From assembly GCA_031416075.1 (NCBI GenBank), contig JANOSY010000085.1, positions 1 through 64,000 on the forward strand: a stretch of 64,000 nucleotides of DNA. Direction: 5' to 3'. The notes under the pieces are model-generated. The model was given only the letters and a program-made list of their open reading frames with translations. It ran no database searches and was not told the DNA's origin. Both the position numbers and the translations under genes were made by a program. Within the stretch, counting starts at the first letter, position 1; each line of letters begins with the position of its first letter. This stretch comes from Candidatus Tenderia sp. GTDB lineage: Bacteria > Pseudomonadota > Gammaproteobacteria > Tenderiales > Tenderiaceae. Positions 29,157 to 38,628 of the stretch are shown here, in pieces.

Positions 29157-29507
29157 AGTGCGGGCAAACTCAAAAATCATAGCCAACACCGATTCCGTCT
29201 CTTTCATCACCTGTGTGTTATCAAAGCGCATCACCTGCAACCTCTGTTGCCGAAGAAAGTCATCCCGTTCCTGATCATGCTTCAGTGTGTTCTGTTCAAA
29301 ATGTTGTCCACCATCCAGTTCAATCACCAAGCCAATTGCAGGTGCGTAAAAATCCACGATGAACTGACCTATTGGCTTTTGCCGATAGAATTGCACTCCT
29401 AAAATTTGCTTCCGTCGCAAATGTTGCCACAACAGCTGCTCCACATCCGTCATGTTGCTGCGCAGTTGGCGGGAATAGGATTTTAGGTGTGGTTCGTACC
29501 TCAGCAT
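29118..29507 (-). CDS. DUF559 / Vsr-like endonuclease domain protein
   Basis: RQLRSNMTDVEQLLWQHLR, FYRQKPIGQFIVDF, IELDGGQH, DQERDDFL..MRFDN. Confidence 0.92.
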   Translation of the reverse strand: MLRYEPHLKSYSRQLRSNMTDVEQLLWQHLRRKQILGVQFYRQKPIGQFIVDFYAPAIGLVIELDGGQHFEQNTLKHDQERDDFLRQQRLQVMRFDNTQVMKETESVLAMIFEFARTKSPLTPLFQRGE

Positions 29508-29531
29508 TGGTTTTTCCTTGTTCCTGATCCC

Positions 29532-31934
29532 TTAGTCCCTTAAATCCCCAACCGCCCCAGCATGCTCCGGCGCGAGCGCTACCGGGTTTTGTATCAGGTG
29601 GCCACGGCCGAGGTGGGTGCGGTCGAGCTGCACCCGGCCCGGGGCCGGTTCCTTTTCTAAATAGGTGTCGATGCGCAACAGCGGCGACAGCCCGAGTACA
29701 AATGGGTGGTCGCTCTCCAGCAGTTGCCACTGCACCACGGCCGGTACCAGGCTGGGCAGCGCATCGGCCACCACCTGACGCAGCCGGCGGGCCGGGCCGT
29801 GCAGCACCACGGTCAGGCGGCGGGCGTAGTGGTCGAAAAAGCGCTCCACCGTGTCGCGCTCGAGCGTGCCCACGGCCAACTCCGGCGCAAACAGGGCGAG
29901 AAATTCACGGGAGTGGTCGTCGGCCAGGATCAGGCTCTCACCAACGATGCTGTTGCCGGACTGGCCGGTGCCGAGGGTCAGTGGGTGCTGGGCGTCATCC
30001 ATCTCGATGCCGAGAATGGTGCTGAGGGTGCGGCGCAGCCGGAACAGCTCCACCGGCACCACCTCGCCACGGCGCACACCGCCGTCGGTGATGATGTCGA
30101 GCGCCCGGCAGAGCCCACCGAAGCTGCCATTCTGCCGTTGCAGATTTCCCTGTTGCGCCAGCCAGAGGCGCTGGCGTGGTTCCGGCCAGTGCGGTGGCAG
30201 GCGGGTGGCGTTGAGCTGTGCTAGCCATGGCAGAAAAGGGGCCGGGGTGGCATCCGGGTAGAGCAGTGTTTCGGCGGCGGCGATGCGCTCTTCAATCGGC
30301 GTCATCATCCCTTCAAAGCAGGCCAGTAGCCGGTCGCGCAGGTCGGCGCCGTTGGCTGCTTCTGTCACTATGGGGGTGGCGGTTGGCAGTGGTTGTTGCT
30401 GATGAAAGTGGCTGGGCAGAAAATTGGCCTGCCACGAGAAGCGTGGATACCAGGCACGAATGGCGTAGATGGCTGGGGTGTGGCGACCATCACCGGAGAG
30501 GGTGAGCCGCAGCCGCAGGTAACGTCCGGCCAGATCGCGCACCGCGCCGTTGCTACGTTGTAGCAACACCTCGAAGAGTCCCTCACGTTCTGGCACTGGT
30601 GTGAGTGCCGCCGTCGCAAAGGGGAGTTCGGAGGTGATCGGTAGCCACGCCGGGTCTGGCTGTTTTTCCCAAGGGTGGGCTGACGGATTGCGCCACACTT
30701 CGAAGGCGTGGGCCTCTATCTCGATACGGCAACCGGACGGGATACACGCTTCTATATATAGTCGGTGCCAGACTGTGCCAGGGGTGCTGGAGTCGAGTGG
30801 TTGGGTCAGTACGGCACTGGCGCGGTGTGGGAAACGGGCCTGGGCCAGACGGTAGAGCGGTGTCACCCCCTCGTTGGTCATGGTGCGGACGCCGTTGTCG
30901 CGGTGGCGTACAAAACGAACGCCTCTGCCGGTATCGGCCTCGGAACGGCGCGGCCAGCGTTCCGGCAACAGTTGGGCCATGGCCGTGCCGCTCTCGCTGG
31001 TATTGAGATAGAGCAGTGGGCAGTCACGCTCCTGACCACGGCGTGTCCCCTCTTCGAAGGGGGGCAGTAGCAGCAGTTGATTGGTGGCGACGCAGCAGAT
31101 GTCGGTGGCCAGAGGTAGCTCTGCCGGGAGTGGGTAGAGGGTGAAAGAGGTGTTGGCGGCGGTGGTCACTGGTCGTGCCAGCAGCTGTTGTTGATGGGGG
31201 TCTGTGGCATCCCGCACCAGTAGCACCACGCTGTTGTCGTCCGCTGCTAGTGCCATCAGTCCGCCGTGTGTGGGTAGTGGCTGTTGCCACAGTAGCCGCA
31301 GTGGATCGGGGTTGATCTGCTCCGGCTCGAAGCGGTCACCACGGGGGGTGTAGGGCTGGGGCAGCGGCGCACCACGGCAGAGACCGAGCTGGGTTTCACC
31401 GGCGATCCAGGTGCGGTCCTCACCATCGACCCAGGCCCGCAGCGGCGCAAATGGCAGGGGGCAGCTGAGCTGCCAGCGGTGTCGCAGGTGCAGCAGTAAC
31501 AGGCCATGGTCATTTGCCCCATCGCTGTAGGGCAGTGCCACCAGACCGCTGCCGCCAAGGTGAAGATCGGTGAATAGGGTGGCCCTTGGCGCATCCACCG
31601 GGTCAAGCGTGACGGCGGCGGCAGTGTCGGCAACGCCACCCTCGATGGCGGCCCGCACCGGTTGCCACTCTGTGCCGGGCCAACTCAGCGACCACTCAAA
31701 GCGGCGGCGGTCGCCGCTGAGGCGGCCGATCTGGCCGTGGTCGTCGAGCACATAGGGGGTGGCGTCGCGCCAGAGCTGCTGGGTGCGGCTTGGGTCGAGG
31801 TGTGGCAACCGTGGCTGGTCCTGACGCGCCAGTGTGAAGGCCCCTGCCAGCGGATTCCAGCCGCAGTCGCGACGGGCGCTGCGAAAATCGCTGGGCCCTT
31901 TGATGAGTACAAAACGGCTGCCGTTGCTGTCCAT
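29532..31934 (-). CDS. Baseplate wedge / P2 gpI-like tail protein (Afp12-like)
   Basis: Follows baseplate J; GRYLRLRLTLSGDG, LPSHF, P..TPAPFLPWLA motif, GSFGGL..ALDI. Confidence 0.75.
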   Translation of the reverse strand: MDSNGSRFVLIKGPSDFRSARRDCGWNPLAGAFTLARQDQPRLPHLDPSRTQQLWRDATPYVLDDHGQIGRLSGDRRRFEWSLSWPGTEWQPVRAAIEGGVADTAAAVTLDPVDAPRATLFTDLHLGGSGLVALPYSDGANDHGLLLLHLRHRWQLSCPLPFAPLRAWVDGEDRTWIAGETQLGLCRGAPLPQPYTPRGDRFEPEQINPDPLRLLWQQPLPTHGGLMALAADDNSVVLLVRDATDPHQQQLLARPVTTAANTSFTLYPLPAELPLATDICCVATNQLLLLPPFEEGTRRGQERDCPLLYLNTSESGTAMAQLLPERWPRRSEADTGRGVRFVRHRDNGVRTMTNEGVTPLYRLAQARFPHRASAVLTQPLDSSTPGTVWHRLYIEACIPSGCRIEIEAHAFEVWRNPSAHPWEKQPDPAWLPITSELPFATAALTPVPEREGLFEVLLQRSNGAVRDLAGRYLRLRLTLSGDGRHTPAIYAIRAWYPRFSWQANFLPSHFHQQQPLPTATPIVTEAANGADLRDRLLACFEGMMTPIEERIAAAETLLYPDATPAPFLPWLAQLNATRLPPHWPEPRQRLWLAQQGNLQRQNGSFGGLCRALDIITDGGVRRGEVVPVELFRLRRTLSTILGIEMDDAQHPLTLGTGQSGNSIVGESLILADDHSREFLALFAPELAVGTLERDTVERFFDHYARRLTVVLHGPARRLRQVVADALPSLVPAVVQWQLLESDHPFVLGLSPLLRIDTYLEKEPAPGRVQLDRTHLGRGHLIQNPVALAPEHAGAVGDLRD

Positions 31935-31937
31935 GGC

Positions 31938-34115
31938 TTAGCAGATATCCGGGATGACGGGGACGGGCACGGGCCGTTTGCCGCTGCTGCTGCCGGTAGT
32001 GGTGCCGGGGGCAAAACCGCGTGGTGGCAGCGGTTGTGCCTCGCCGGGCTGCATGGCGACCGCCATCAGCTGTGGCAACTGGTAGTCGCTGAGTGGCAGC
32101 GCCTGACTAGAGGTCAACTCGCGCCACTGCAGGCTGGTGAGATCCTGATAGAAGAGGCGCAGGCCGTTGACTGCTTCAACGCCATCGACCCGCCCGGCCT
32201 GGGTCCGCAGTTCGTTGATCTCGACACTGCGCCCCAGCGGCCAGCCAGCACCCCGCAGCCCATGGGGTGGCAGCGGCCAGAGGTAGTGCAGCAGCGCCTC
32301 TTCCACGGCGCGCAGGGTCTGCTGTTCGGTGGCAGGATCAACCACCTCGAGGGAGAGGGCGATGGCGACCGGCTGGTACTGGGGGCTGAGCACGTAGAGT
32401 TCGGTGCCGAGCAGGGTGCGGGCGCTGAGATATTCGTAGATATCGCGGATCATGCCGACGCTGGGACGCGGCACCTGCCCCAACGCCGGAGCGATTGGCG
32501 GCAATACAAAAAGGCTGATCACCCCTGGAATATTGCGGCGCACGGCGGAGAGGCTGGCGCCGGGGAAGAATCCGGGCATGGCGTTGGCGCGGGCGACGGG
32601 CCGTAGTGGGTTGTCGAGCGCCAGCACGGCAAAATCGTCCCCCGTAACAGCCCGGTCGCGGTGGCTAAGGAAGGCGGGGATGCGCCGTTCCGCTGCAGCG
32701 ACGCCCTCGCGGTCGACGCCGCCACGGGTCGGCCACTCGTGGCGCACCTTGAGTTTGCCCGGTGCGGCATCCACGGTGGTGATCGATTCGCTGGGCAGGT
32801 TGCCACTGCTGCCACCGCCGTAGCGGTAAGTGGCGGCGCGGATGCGGGCGTTGGCGGCGGGGCGTCTGCCACGAATGCCGTCGCCGAAGCGGATCTCGCC
32901 GCTGCTAGGGCCGAGGGTGTAGACGCGGTCATCGGGGCCACTGCCAGCAAAGTGGCTCACCCGCTGCCAGACAACAAACTGGCGCAGCTCCTCGACACCG
33001 ATCTCGATGCTGTTTTCATCAATGTCGGTATGCGGCAGGGTGAGAATCTGATCGGGTTGACCGGTACCGCTGCCGACAACCAGGTCGCGGGCGACACCGA
33101 CCCCTTCCACATCAACCGCGTTAACGCCAAGATAGCCCAGCTCCAGATCGTCATCGGCGCAGCGCAGCCGCAGCCAGAAGAGCAGCTGGCCGGGGGCGAG
33201 GTCGGCGGGGGGTTCTGGCGGGGTCTCTTCGAAACCGGCAAACTGCGGATCGATAGCCTCGGGCAGGGTGAGCATCTCGACGATGCGTGGCAGGCGCAGT
33301 CGCGCCACGCCGCTGCGGCGACCGCCCTGGGAGCTGTCGGCCACCACCTCCAGCGGCAGGTAGGTCACTTCGGCCGGTTTGGTGGCGTCCGGCCACCAGG
33401 CCAGGTCCCACTGGAGACGGCGCGGTGCCAGGGTGGTGGTAAGCTCGCCGTCGATCTCGGTCTGCGGTGCCAGACCGATGTTGAGTGTGATGCCCGCCAG
33501 ATTACGCAGCAGTTTGTCGCGGTTAGGGATGAGCTGGGGCTTTTTCAGCGCGAGGGCGAGGTAGAGCGCGCCATCGGCCGTGCCAACGGTGGTGATCGGG
33601 TCACGCCCCGGCGTCAGGCTCACTGGGCGGAAGGCGCTCGGCTCTACCCCATATTGGTTACGTAGTTGCTGCAGGCTGATCCCTTCGGCGGTCAGCAGGC
33701 TGATATCGAGTGTTGCCTTGACCAGCAGCCGCAGCTCCAGCGGTGTGGCTTGCAGTTCGCCAACGCTGGAGAAGGTCACTTGGCCAGCCTTGAGGGTGGT
33801 CTCGCTGCGCAGCAGTGGCGGCAGCTGGGTATCGTTGCTGACAGCGTCGATGCAGACGATGCCACGGGCCGGACGGGCGGGGCGCAACGGGATCTGCAAC
33901 AGGTTGAGGAAGGCGCGCTGCTGGCGCTCCGGAATGCGGTTGGCGCGGTAGATGACGGTCTCGGTGAGCCAGGCAAAGAGGTCAACAAAGGCGTGCACCG
34001 GATCACCAGGGGCGAGCTGGGTCAGCTCCGGCAGCTGCCGCAGCAGCCGCGCCTGGAGTTCGGCGCTGAGGTCGTCGAAGCGGCGGTCGTCGAGGTCAGG
34101 GATGGGCAGTGGCAT
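31938..34115 (-). CDS. Baseplate J-like protein (Afp11-like)
   Basis: MPLPIPDLDDRRFDDL, IRFGDGIRGRRP, YRYGGG..GN, RDRAVTGDDF, GWPLGR. Confidence 0.92.
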   Translation of the reverse strand: MPLPIPDLDDRRFDDLSAELQARLLRQLPELTQLAPGDPVHAFVDLFAWLTETVIYRANRIPERQQRAFLNLLQIPLRPARPARGIVCIDAVSNDTQLPPLLRSETTLKAGQVTFSSVGELQATPLELRLLVKATLDISLLTAEGISLQQLRNQYGVEPSAFRPVSLTPGRDPITTVGTADGALYLALALKKPQLIPNRDKLLRNLAGITLNIGLAPQTEIDGELTTTLAPRRLQWDLAWWPDATKPAEVTYLPLEVVADSSQGGRRSGVARLRLPRIVEMLTLPEAIDPQFAGFEETPPEPPADLAPGQLLFWLRLRCADDDLELGYLGVNAVDVEGVGVARDLVVGSGTGQPDQILTLPHTDIDENSIEIGVEELRQFVVWQRVSHFAGSGPDDRVYTLGPSSGEIRFGDGIRGRRPAANARIRAATYRYGGGSSGNLPSESITTVDAAPGKLKVRHEWPTRGGVDREGVAAAERRIPAFLSHRDRAVTGDDFAVLALDNPLRPVARANAMPGFFPGASLSAVRRNIPGVISLFVLPPIAPALGQVPRPSVGMIRDIYEYLSARTLLGTELYVLSPQYQPVAIALSLEVVDPATEQQTLRAVEEALLHYLWPLPPHGLRGAGWPLGRSVEINELRTQAGRVDGVEAVNGLRLFYQDLTSLQWRELTSSQALPLSDYQLPQLMAVAMQPGEAQPLPPRGFAPGTTTGSSSGKRPVPVPVIPDIC

Positions 34116-34119
34116 AATC

Positions 34120-34515
34120 TTAGGCTCCAAGTTCCAGTGCCAGGTTGAAGCTGTCACGGCTGCCATCGTGACGCAGCCGGTAGCGGATCGACAGGTTTGC
34201 ATGGGAGAGGCGCAGCGGGTCGGGGACCAGGCTCACCTCCTCCAGGATCACCCGCGGCTCCCAGCGTGTCAGGGCGCGCTGGGCGGCGTCGACGATGAGG
34301 GCACGGGTTGTTTCATTATTGGGGTAGTGGATGAAATCAAGCACGCCGGTGCCAAACTCGGGGCGCATCAGCCGCTCGCCGGGGCGTGTCAGCAGGATGT
34401 TGAGCATCACCTCACGAATGCTGGCGTTGCCCGTCTGCCACTCTAGTCGGCCGCTTTTGGTGACGCCGTCGAAGAGTGGAAAGCTGGTGAGTCGCTGTCT
34501 GTTACTGTCCATCAT
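34120..34515 (-). CDS. gp25/GPW baseplate protein (Afp9-like)
   Basis: ILLTRPGERLMRPEFG, ALTRWEPRV. Confidence 0.93.
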   Translation of the reverse strand: MMDSNRQRLTSFPLFDGVTKSGRLEWQTGNASIREVMLNILLTRPGERLMRPEFGTGVLDFIHYPNNETTRALIVDAAQRALTRWEPRVILEEVSLVPDPLRLSHANLSIRYRLRHDGSRDSFNLALELGA

Positions 34516-34576
34516 TACCCCTTAATCGCACTTGGTGGGTCTTCTCAGTGAAGTGCGGTGTTTTGTTCTGTTTGGT

Positions 34577-34795
34577 TTATAGTTTTTCGCCGTACTCTTT
34601 TTCAAATTCCATTTTTAAATAATTGATTATTCCCTCCATTCGGTCGGTCTCTTCGCAGATTTCCGCCGCGTCATCTTCTCCGACTGTTTCTAGGTCAATA
34701 GCCAAATTGGAGGAAATTTTTTCTTCCAATGCTTCTATAACCAGCCGCCAATCCCCCATGATCATGGGGAGTGACAATCCATCAAGCTTATCCAT
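34577..34795 (-). CDS. Small acidic helical protein; candidate Tsi2-like immunity protein
   Basis: 72 aa, strongly D/E-rich, two amphipathic helices, start overlaps the toxin stop by 8 nt. Confidence 0.6.
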   Translation of the reverse strand: MDKLDGLSLPMIMGDWRLVIEALEEKISSNLAIDLETVGEDDAAEICEETDRMEGIINYLKMEFEKEYGEKL

Positions 34796-35207
34796 TTTGA
34801 ATTTCCTGTGGTGTGAGCTTTACGCATTTGGTTGTGTCTGAACCCAACTCTTGCAGTAAACCTAAATATTTCATAAGAGGCATATCCTTGTCGGGCGCAA
34901 TCATGAAATGTCCTTTTTTAGTAGGTGTTCTATCGTGCACGATTTTCAATTCTGAGGGGATCAAAATCCCCTTTTTTATTTTCCAGACATTCTTACCTTG
35001 ACGCTTCATTCCTGACGTAATGTGATCGAATGTGGAAAAGCCGTTGCCGTTAGCTCTTACGTATGTGATGCCAGATTTTTCGTACGTGGAGATATCTTTG
35101 AGTGCGCGGTTTTGACTAAAGTTAGGACTTAACGAATTACCACTACGGAATAATGGTATTTGCAAATCATCAAAATTTTCAATAAATAACAGTTCAGTGT
35201 TTATCAC
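34788..35207 (-). CDS. Tse2-like ADP-ribosyltransferase-fold toxin
   Basis: LFRSGN, GFSTFD, WKIKKG..IP.ELKIVHD, GHFMIAP..DMP..KY pattern with an R21-S58-H100 triad. Confidence 0.7.
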   Translation of the reverse strand: MINTELLFIENFDDLQIPLFRSGNSLSPNFSQNRALKDISTYEKSGITYVRANGNGFSTFDHITSGMKRQGKNVWKIKKGILIPSELKIVHDRTPTKKGHFMIAPDKDMPLMKYLGLLQELGSDTTKCVKLTPQEIQNG

Positions 35208-35249
35208 TTAGAACCCCTAATATTTGTGTTTTGAAAAGTTGAACGATGA

Positions 35250-36932
35250 TCATTTGTTCTCACTTAATAGTTTTCCGCAGAGCCGGGGCAGGGCGAGGAA
35301 AGCCCACGGCAGCCAGCGGAAGATGAGGTTGAGCAGATTCATGACAATCATCAGCAATACAAAGGCGCAGATGGTGACAACCGGGATGCTTAGGCTGAAG
35401 TTCCAGCAGAGTCCGGTGGGGTTGCCGGGGCCACCTTGCTCCATCTTCATGTCGGGTTTGATCTTGCGTAACAGCTCGGCGATGGACTTGGGGACCACCA
35501 GTGTGACCCCTTTGGCAGCGCCGCGTTTGATGTCATTGAGCCCCGGCAGGATCACGGCGCGCGGACGCTGCGCCTCGGGGTCGAAGGGCGAGACAACACG
35601 AAAATCGATGCTGCCCTGCTGGCCCCAGTGAATCTGTTCGCAGCCGCACTCGTCCTGCCAGCGTACAAAGGGCACGACAAAAAAGGTGTCGTCATCGCCC
35701 TGGCCAAAACGGGGCATCGCCAGCCCTTCCTCCATTACCACCATGGCGCGGCCGCCACGCAATAGCAGGGTGTCGCGTAGCCTTTGGGCCTGCTGCTCGG
35801 TGATGAAGAGGTCGTCGTTACGCAGGCTGGTGCTGGCCACACTGCCATTGCTGTTGAGCGTGGAGCTTGGCAGCGGGCTGCTGGCCAGGGTGGTTTTGGC
35901 GATGGCAATGTTACTCAGCCACTCCAGCAGGGCGTCGCGGCTGGTTTCGATCCAGCTCAGCAGGTTCTGACCTCGGGTGGCGACGGGCGGCACGGCGTAA
36001 GGGTCCAGAGGAGTGGGTGGATTGGCGAGCAGCTGCGGGTAGAAGTGGATCTCTGCCAGCTGGCGGCGCAGTTCGCCGTTGTCGGCATCCTGTTCGAAGA
36101 TGCGGTAGCGTATCAGCAGCAGTTCCAGCAGTTCGTAGAGCGCGGTGGTGGCGTGGCCCCGAAAGGCGGGGCGGTTGTCCTGCTTGATCCAGCTGTGCAG
36201 ATTGCGTTCGCCAAAGGGCCAGATCAGCTCCTGACGCAAGGCGTTGGTTGCCTCGGCAGGGGCTTGGTTGGTGTTGTTACTGGAATTGTTACTTGAATTA
36301 TTGTTGGCGCGATAGCTGCCGCCGAGCGGCAGGTACCCCCACAGCAGGGTGCGGCTGCGGCTATCGTTGTTATTGGGTTGTTTGCTGCGTATCAGTAGTG
36401 GGTGCAGTGGGTAGCTCTCTTCACCGCTATAACCTGGCTCCGGGTATTGCGGTTGCACCAGCTTGTGGTTGAGGAAGCGGCGATAGTCGTCCGGTTCCTG
36501 ACTGGGGATGGCGCCGCTCTGCCAGCCGAGCGCCTGTCCTTCATTGACCATCCAGCGCTGTACTGCGCCGCTGGCGCCGCGGCGGCGGATCACAAAACCA
36601 GCGGAGCTGATGCGCTGGGGATCGAAGGCAGGTTTACCGGCTGCGCTGGCGGCGTCGCAGCTCACCTCGCAGCAGACGGTGTAGAAGGTCTGGTGCATCG
36701 GCAGGCGCAGGGTGGGCAGATCCTTGCGGCCAAAGCGGTCGCCGTTGTACCACCCCTGGGCGCGTGTGGCGGTGAGGCGATTGCTCATCGCTTCCTGCAC
36801 AAAACGTTGTACAAACTGGTCGTCGAAATAGCGGTGCAACGTCATGCCTTCGTCGCTGCCGGCAAACCAGGGGTGATGCAGCAGCGGGCTGTGGACCACG
36901 CTCGGCTGCACTTTTTTAGCGGCGCTTACCAT
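35250..36932 (-). CDS. Spike-coupled hypothetical protein with a C-terminal hydrophobic (TM) segment
   Basis: ATG 36932 overlaps the spike stop; LSIPVVTICAFVLLMIVMNLLNLIFRWLPWAFLAL near the C-terminus. Confidence 0.75.
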   Translation of the reverse strand: MVSAAKKVQPSVVHSPLLHHPWFAGSDEGMTLHRYFDDQFVQRFVQEAMSNRLTATRAQGWYNGDRFGRKDLPTLRLPMHQTFYTVCCEVSCDAASAAGKPAFDPQRISSAGFVIRRRGASGAVQRWMVNEGQALGWQSGAIPSQEPDDYRRFLNHKLVQPQYPEPGYSGEESYPLHPLLIRSKQPNNNDSRSRTLLWGYLPLGGSYRANNNSSNNSSNNTNQAPAEATNALRQELIWPFGERNLHSWIKQDNRPAFRGHATTALYELLELLLIRYRIFEQDADNGELRRQLAEIHFYPQLLANPPTPLDPYAVPPVATRGQNLLSWIETSRDALLEWLSNIAIAKTTLASSPLPSSTLNSNGSVASTSLRNDDLFITEQQAQRLRDTLLLRGGRAMVVMEEGLAMPRFGQGDDDTFFVVPFVRWQDECGCEQIHWGQQGSIDFRVVSPFDPEAQRPRAVILPGLNDIKRGAAKGVTLVVPKSIAELLRKIKPDMKMEQGGPGNPTGLCWNFSLSIPVVTICAFVLLMIVMNLLNLIFRWLPWAFLALPRLCGKLLSENK

Positions 36933-37570
36933 AGGTTGCCCGCCCCTGGTGTGTAGCTGCTGGAGACTACGGCGTTGCTGATCAGGGTGTCGCACTGCAC
37001 TACGCCGGAGAATTTGCTCATGCCGGCATCGACCTTGACCATGCTGGCTGTGATATCCACCTGGCTGGCCTGCACCGTGACCTTGGCGGAGCTGGTGATG
37101 CTGATGCCGCTGGCGCTCATCTCGATCTTCTCGCCGCCCTTTTCGAGGGTGACGGTGCCGCTGCCCGCGTCGGTGATGGTGAGGTGGTAGCCCGCCGGGG
37201 TCTTGATCTCCACCTTGGGGGCTTGATCATCAAGTAGCACCTGGGTGCCGGCCGGGGTCTGGATCAGGTAGCGCTCCTCCACCGGTGCAGCGTCATCGGG
37301 CTGGCTGCTGCTACCACTCCAGACCGCGCCCAGCACCATGGGCAGATTGGGGCTGACAAAGGCCAGCACCACCTGTTCATTCTGGCGTGGCAGCTGGCTG
37401 ACGCCGTAGCCGTTGCCAGCGCTGGCGACGATGACGCTGGCCCACAGCTCCAGTCCGGTAGCGTGCAGCTTTACCTGGATGCGGCCACGCGACTCCGGGT
37501 CGGCATTGTCGAGCACAATGCCGAGGTGGAGGTCGTTGAGGCTACCGAGGCTGTGACCGTTCATGTTCAT
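36926..37570 (-). CDS. Spike protein: gp5/gpV OB-fold plus beta-helix (VgrG C-terminal half)
   Basis: DPESRGRIQV, WASV...GNGYG...P...EQVVLAF...PMVLGAVW, then beta-strand repeats. Confidence 0.9.
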   Translation of the reverse strand: MNMNGHSLGSLNDLHLGIVLDNADPESRGRIQVKLHATGLELWASVIVASAGNGYGVSQLPRQNEQVVLAFVSPNLPMVLGAVWSGSSSQPDDAAPVEERYLIQTPAGTQVLLDDQAPKVEIKTPAGYHLTITDAGSGTVTLEKGGEKIEMSASGISITSSAKVTVQASQVDITASMVKVDAGMSKFSGVVQCDTLISNAVVSSSYTPGAGNLW

Positions 37571-38628
37571 GGATTCCAGTCGGGGCGCTGGACGCGCAGG
37601 CGGGTGCGCAGGCCGTTTGCCATATCAAACTGGTGCCAGCACTCCATCACCCGATAGCGCCCGGCCAGGCGCGGCGAGACGTTGTTGAGCTGGACCTCGC
37701 GGCCACTCTTCAAGGCGCTGTTGCCCTGGCAGATGATCTCGCCATGGAGGAAACGGTTGGCGCGTTGGCGGAACTGTTTGGTCGCCAGGGTCTCGGCCTC
37801 CTGCTGGGCGCGGGCGAAGGGGTGGGGCAGGGTTGATTCACTCTGCCAGCCCAGATCGGAGAGCAGGGTTGCGCCGGTTGTGCCGCTGGGGGCGGGGGCG
37901 ATGCTGGAGCTGCTGCCGCTGGCCTCGCTGTCGTCCGCCAGATTGTAGCCGCTGACCTTGACTTCACTCGGTTGCCGGTTGAGGTCGGCGATGATACGAA
38001 TATTGATGGCGGTGGCGGGGTCGAGTGCCACCGGTTCGGGGTCGGTCTCGTCGTCGCGCACCCGCAGTTGGCCGTTGTGCAGCCGCAGCCCCACGTCATA
38101 GCTGCTGAGCTGACGCATCAGAAAGGCGAGGTTGCTCTCGTTGACCTGGAGCCAGGTGGCGCTGCCGGAGGCGACGTTGACGTCACTCTGGAGGTTGGCC
38201 TCCCCAGCGATCTGCTGAACCACATCGTTCAAGCTCATCGATTCAAAGACGCGGTTGTGGCGCTGCCGCGCCAGCCGGTGCAGCAGATCTTCGGCGAGCA
38301 GGATAAGTTGCGGGGCACCGTCGCCATAACGCTCTTCGATGGCGGTGATCTCGCCGCTGAAGGCGCTGCTTTCGGCATTTTCACCCAGCAGCAGTTCGAT
38401 GCGGCTGCCCAGGCGAATATCCTGAAACAGAAAATCGGGCTGGCCGCTGCTGCCTGATCGATCACTGGCCCCCCAGTTGAGCAGGCGCACCTCGGCGCTG
38501 GCCATGCCAAAACGTGGCAGATGGATCTGCATCGAAAGCGCGGCCTCACCGAGATTGGCGCGGACGTTGCCATCGATGCTGATGCGCGGCCGGACGTTGA
38601 GCAGTGACAGGTCGTTAGTCGATGGCAA
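37567..38628 (-). CDS. gp27/late control D-like hub protein (VgrG N-terminal half)
   Basis: FSGEITAIE, QVNESNLAFL, GN..LKSG..V.L..V..RL.G.Y.V..C.H.FD. Confidence 0.88.
   Translation of the reverse strand: MPSTNDLSLLNVRPRISIDGNVRANLGEAALSMQIHLPRFGMASAEVRLLNWGASDRSGSSGQPDFLFQDIRLGSRIELLLGENAESSAFSGEITAIEERYGDGAPQLILLAEDLLHRLARQRHNRVFESMSLNDVVQQIAGEANLQSDVNVASGSATWLQVNESNLAFLMRQLSSYDVGLRLHNGQLRVRDDETDPEPVALDPATAINIRIIADLNRQPSEVKVSGYNLADDSEASGSSSSIAPAPSGTTGATLLSDLGWQSESTLPHPFARAQQEAETLATKQFRQRANRFLHGEIICQGNSALKSGREVQLNNVSPRLAGRYRVMECWHQFDMANGLRTRLRVQRPDWNP

Noticed and set aside
36270-36306. Short N/S-rich tandem repeat (NNNSSNNSSNNTN); similarly GDDPGDEPGDD at ~28464-28496
   Set aside because: In-frame 12-bp slippage in linkers; no sign of function
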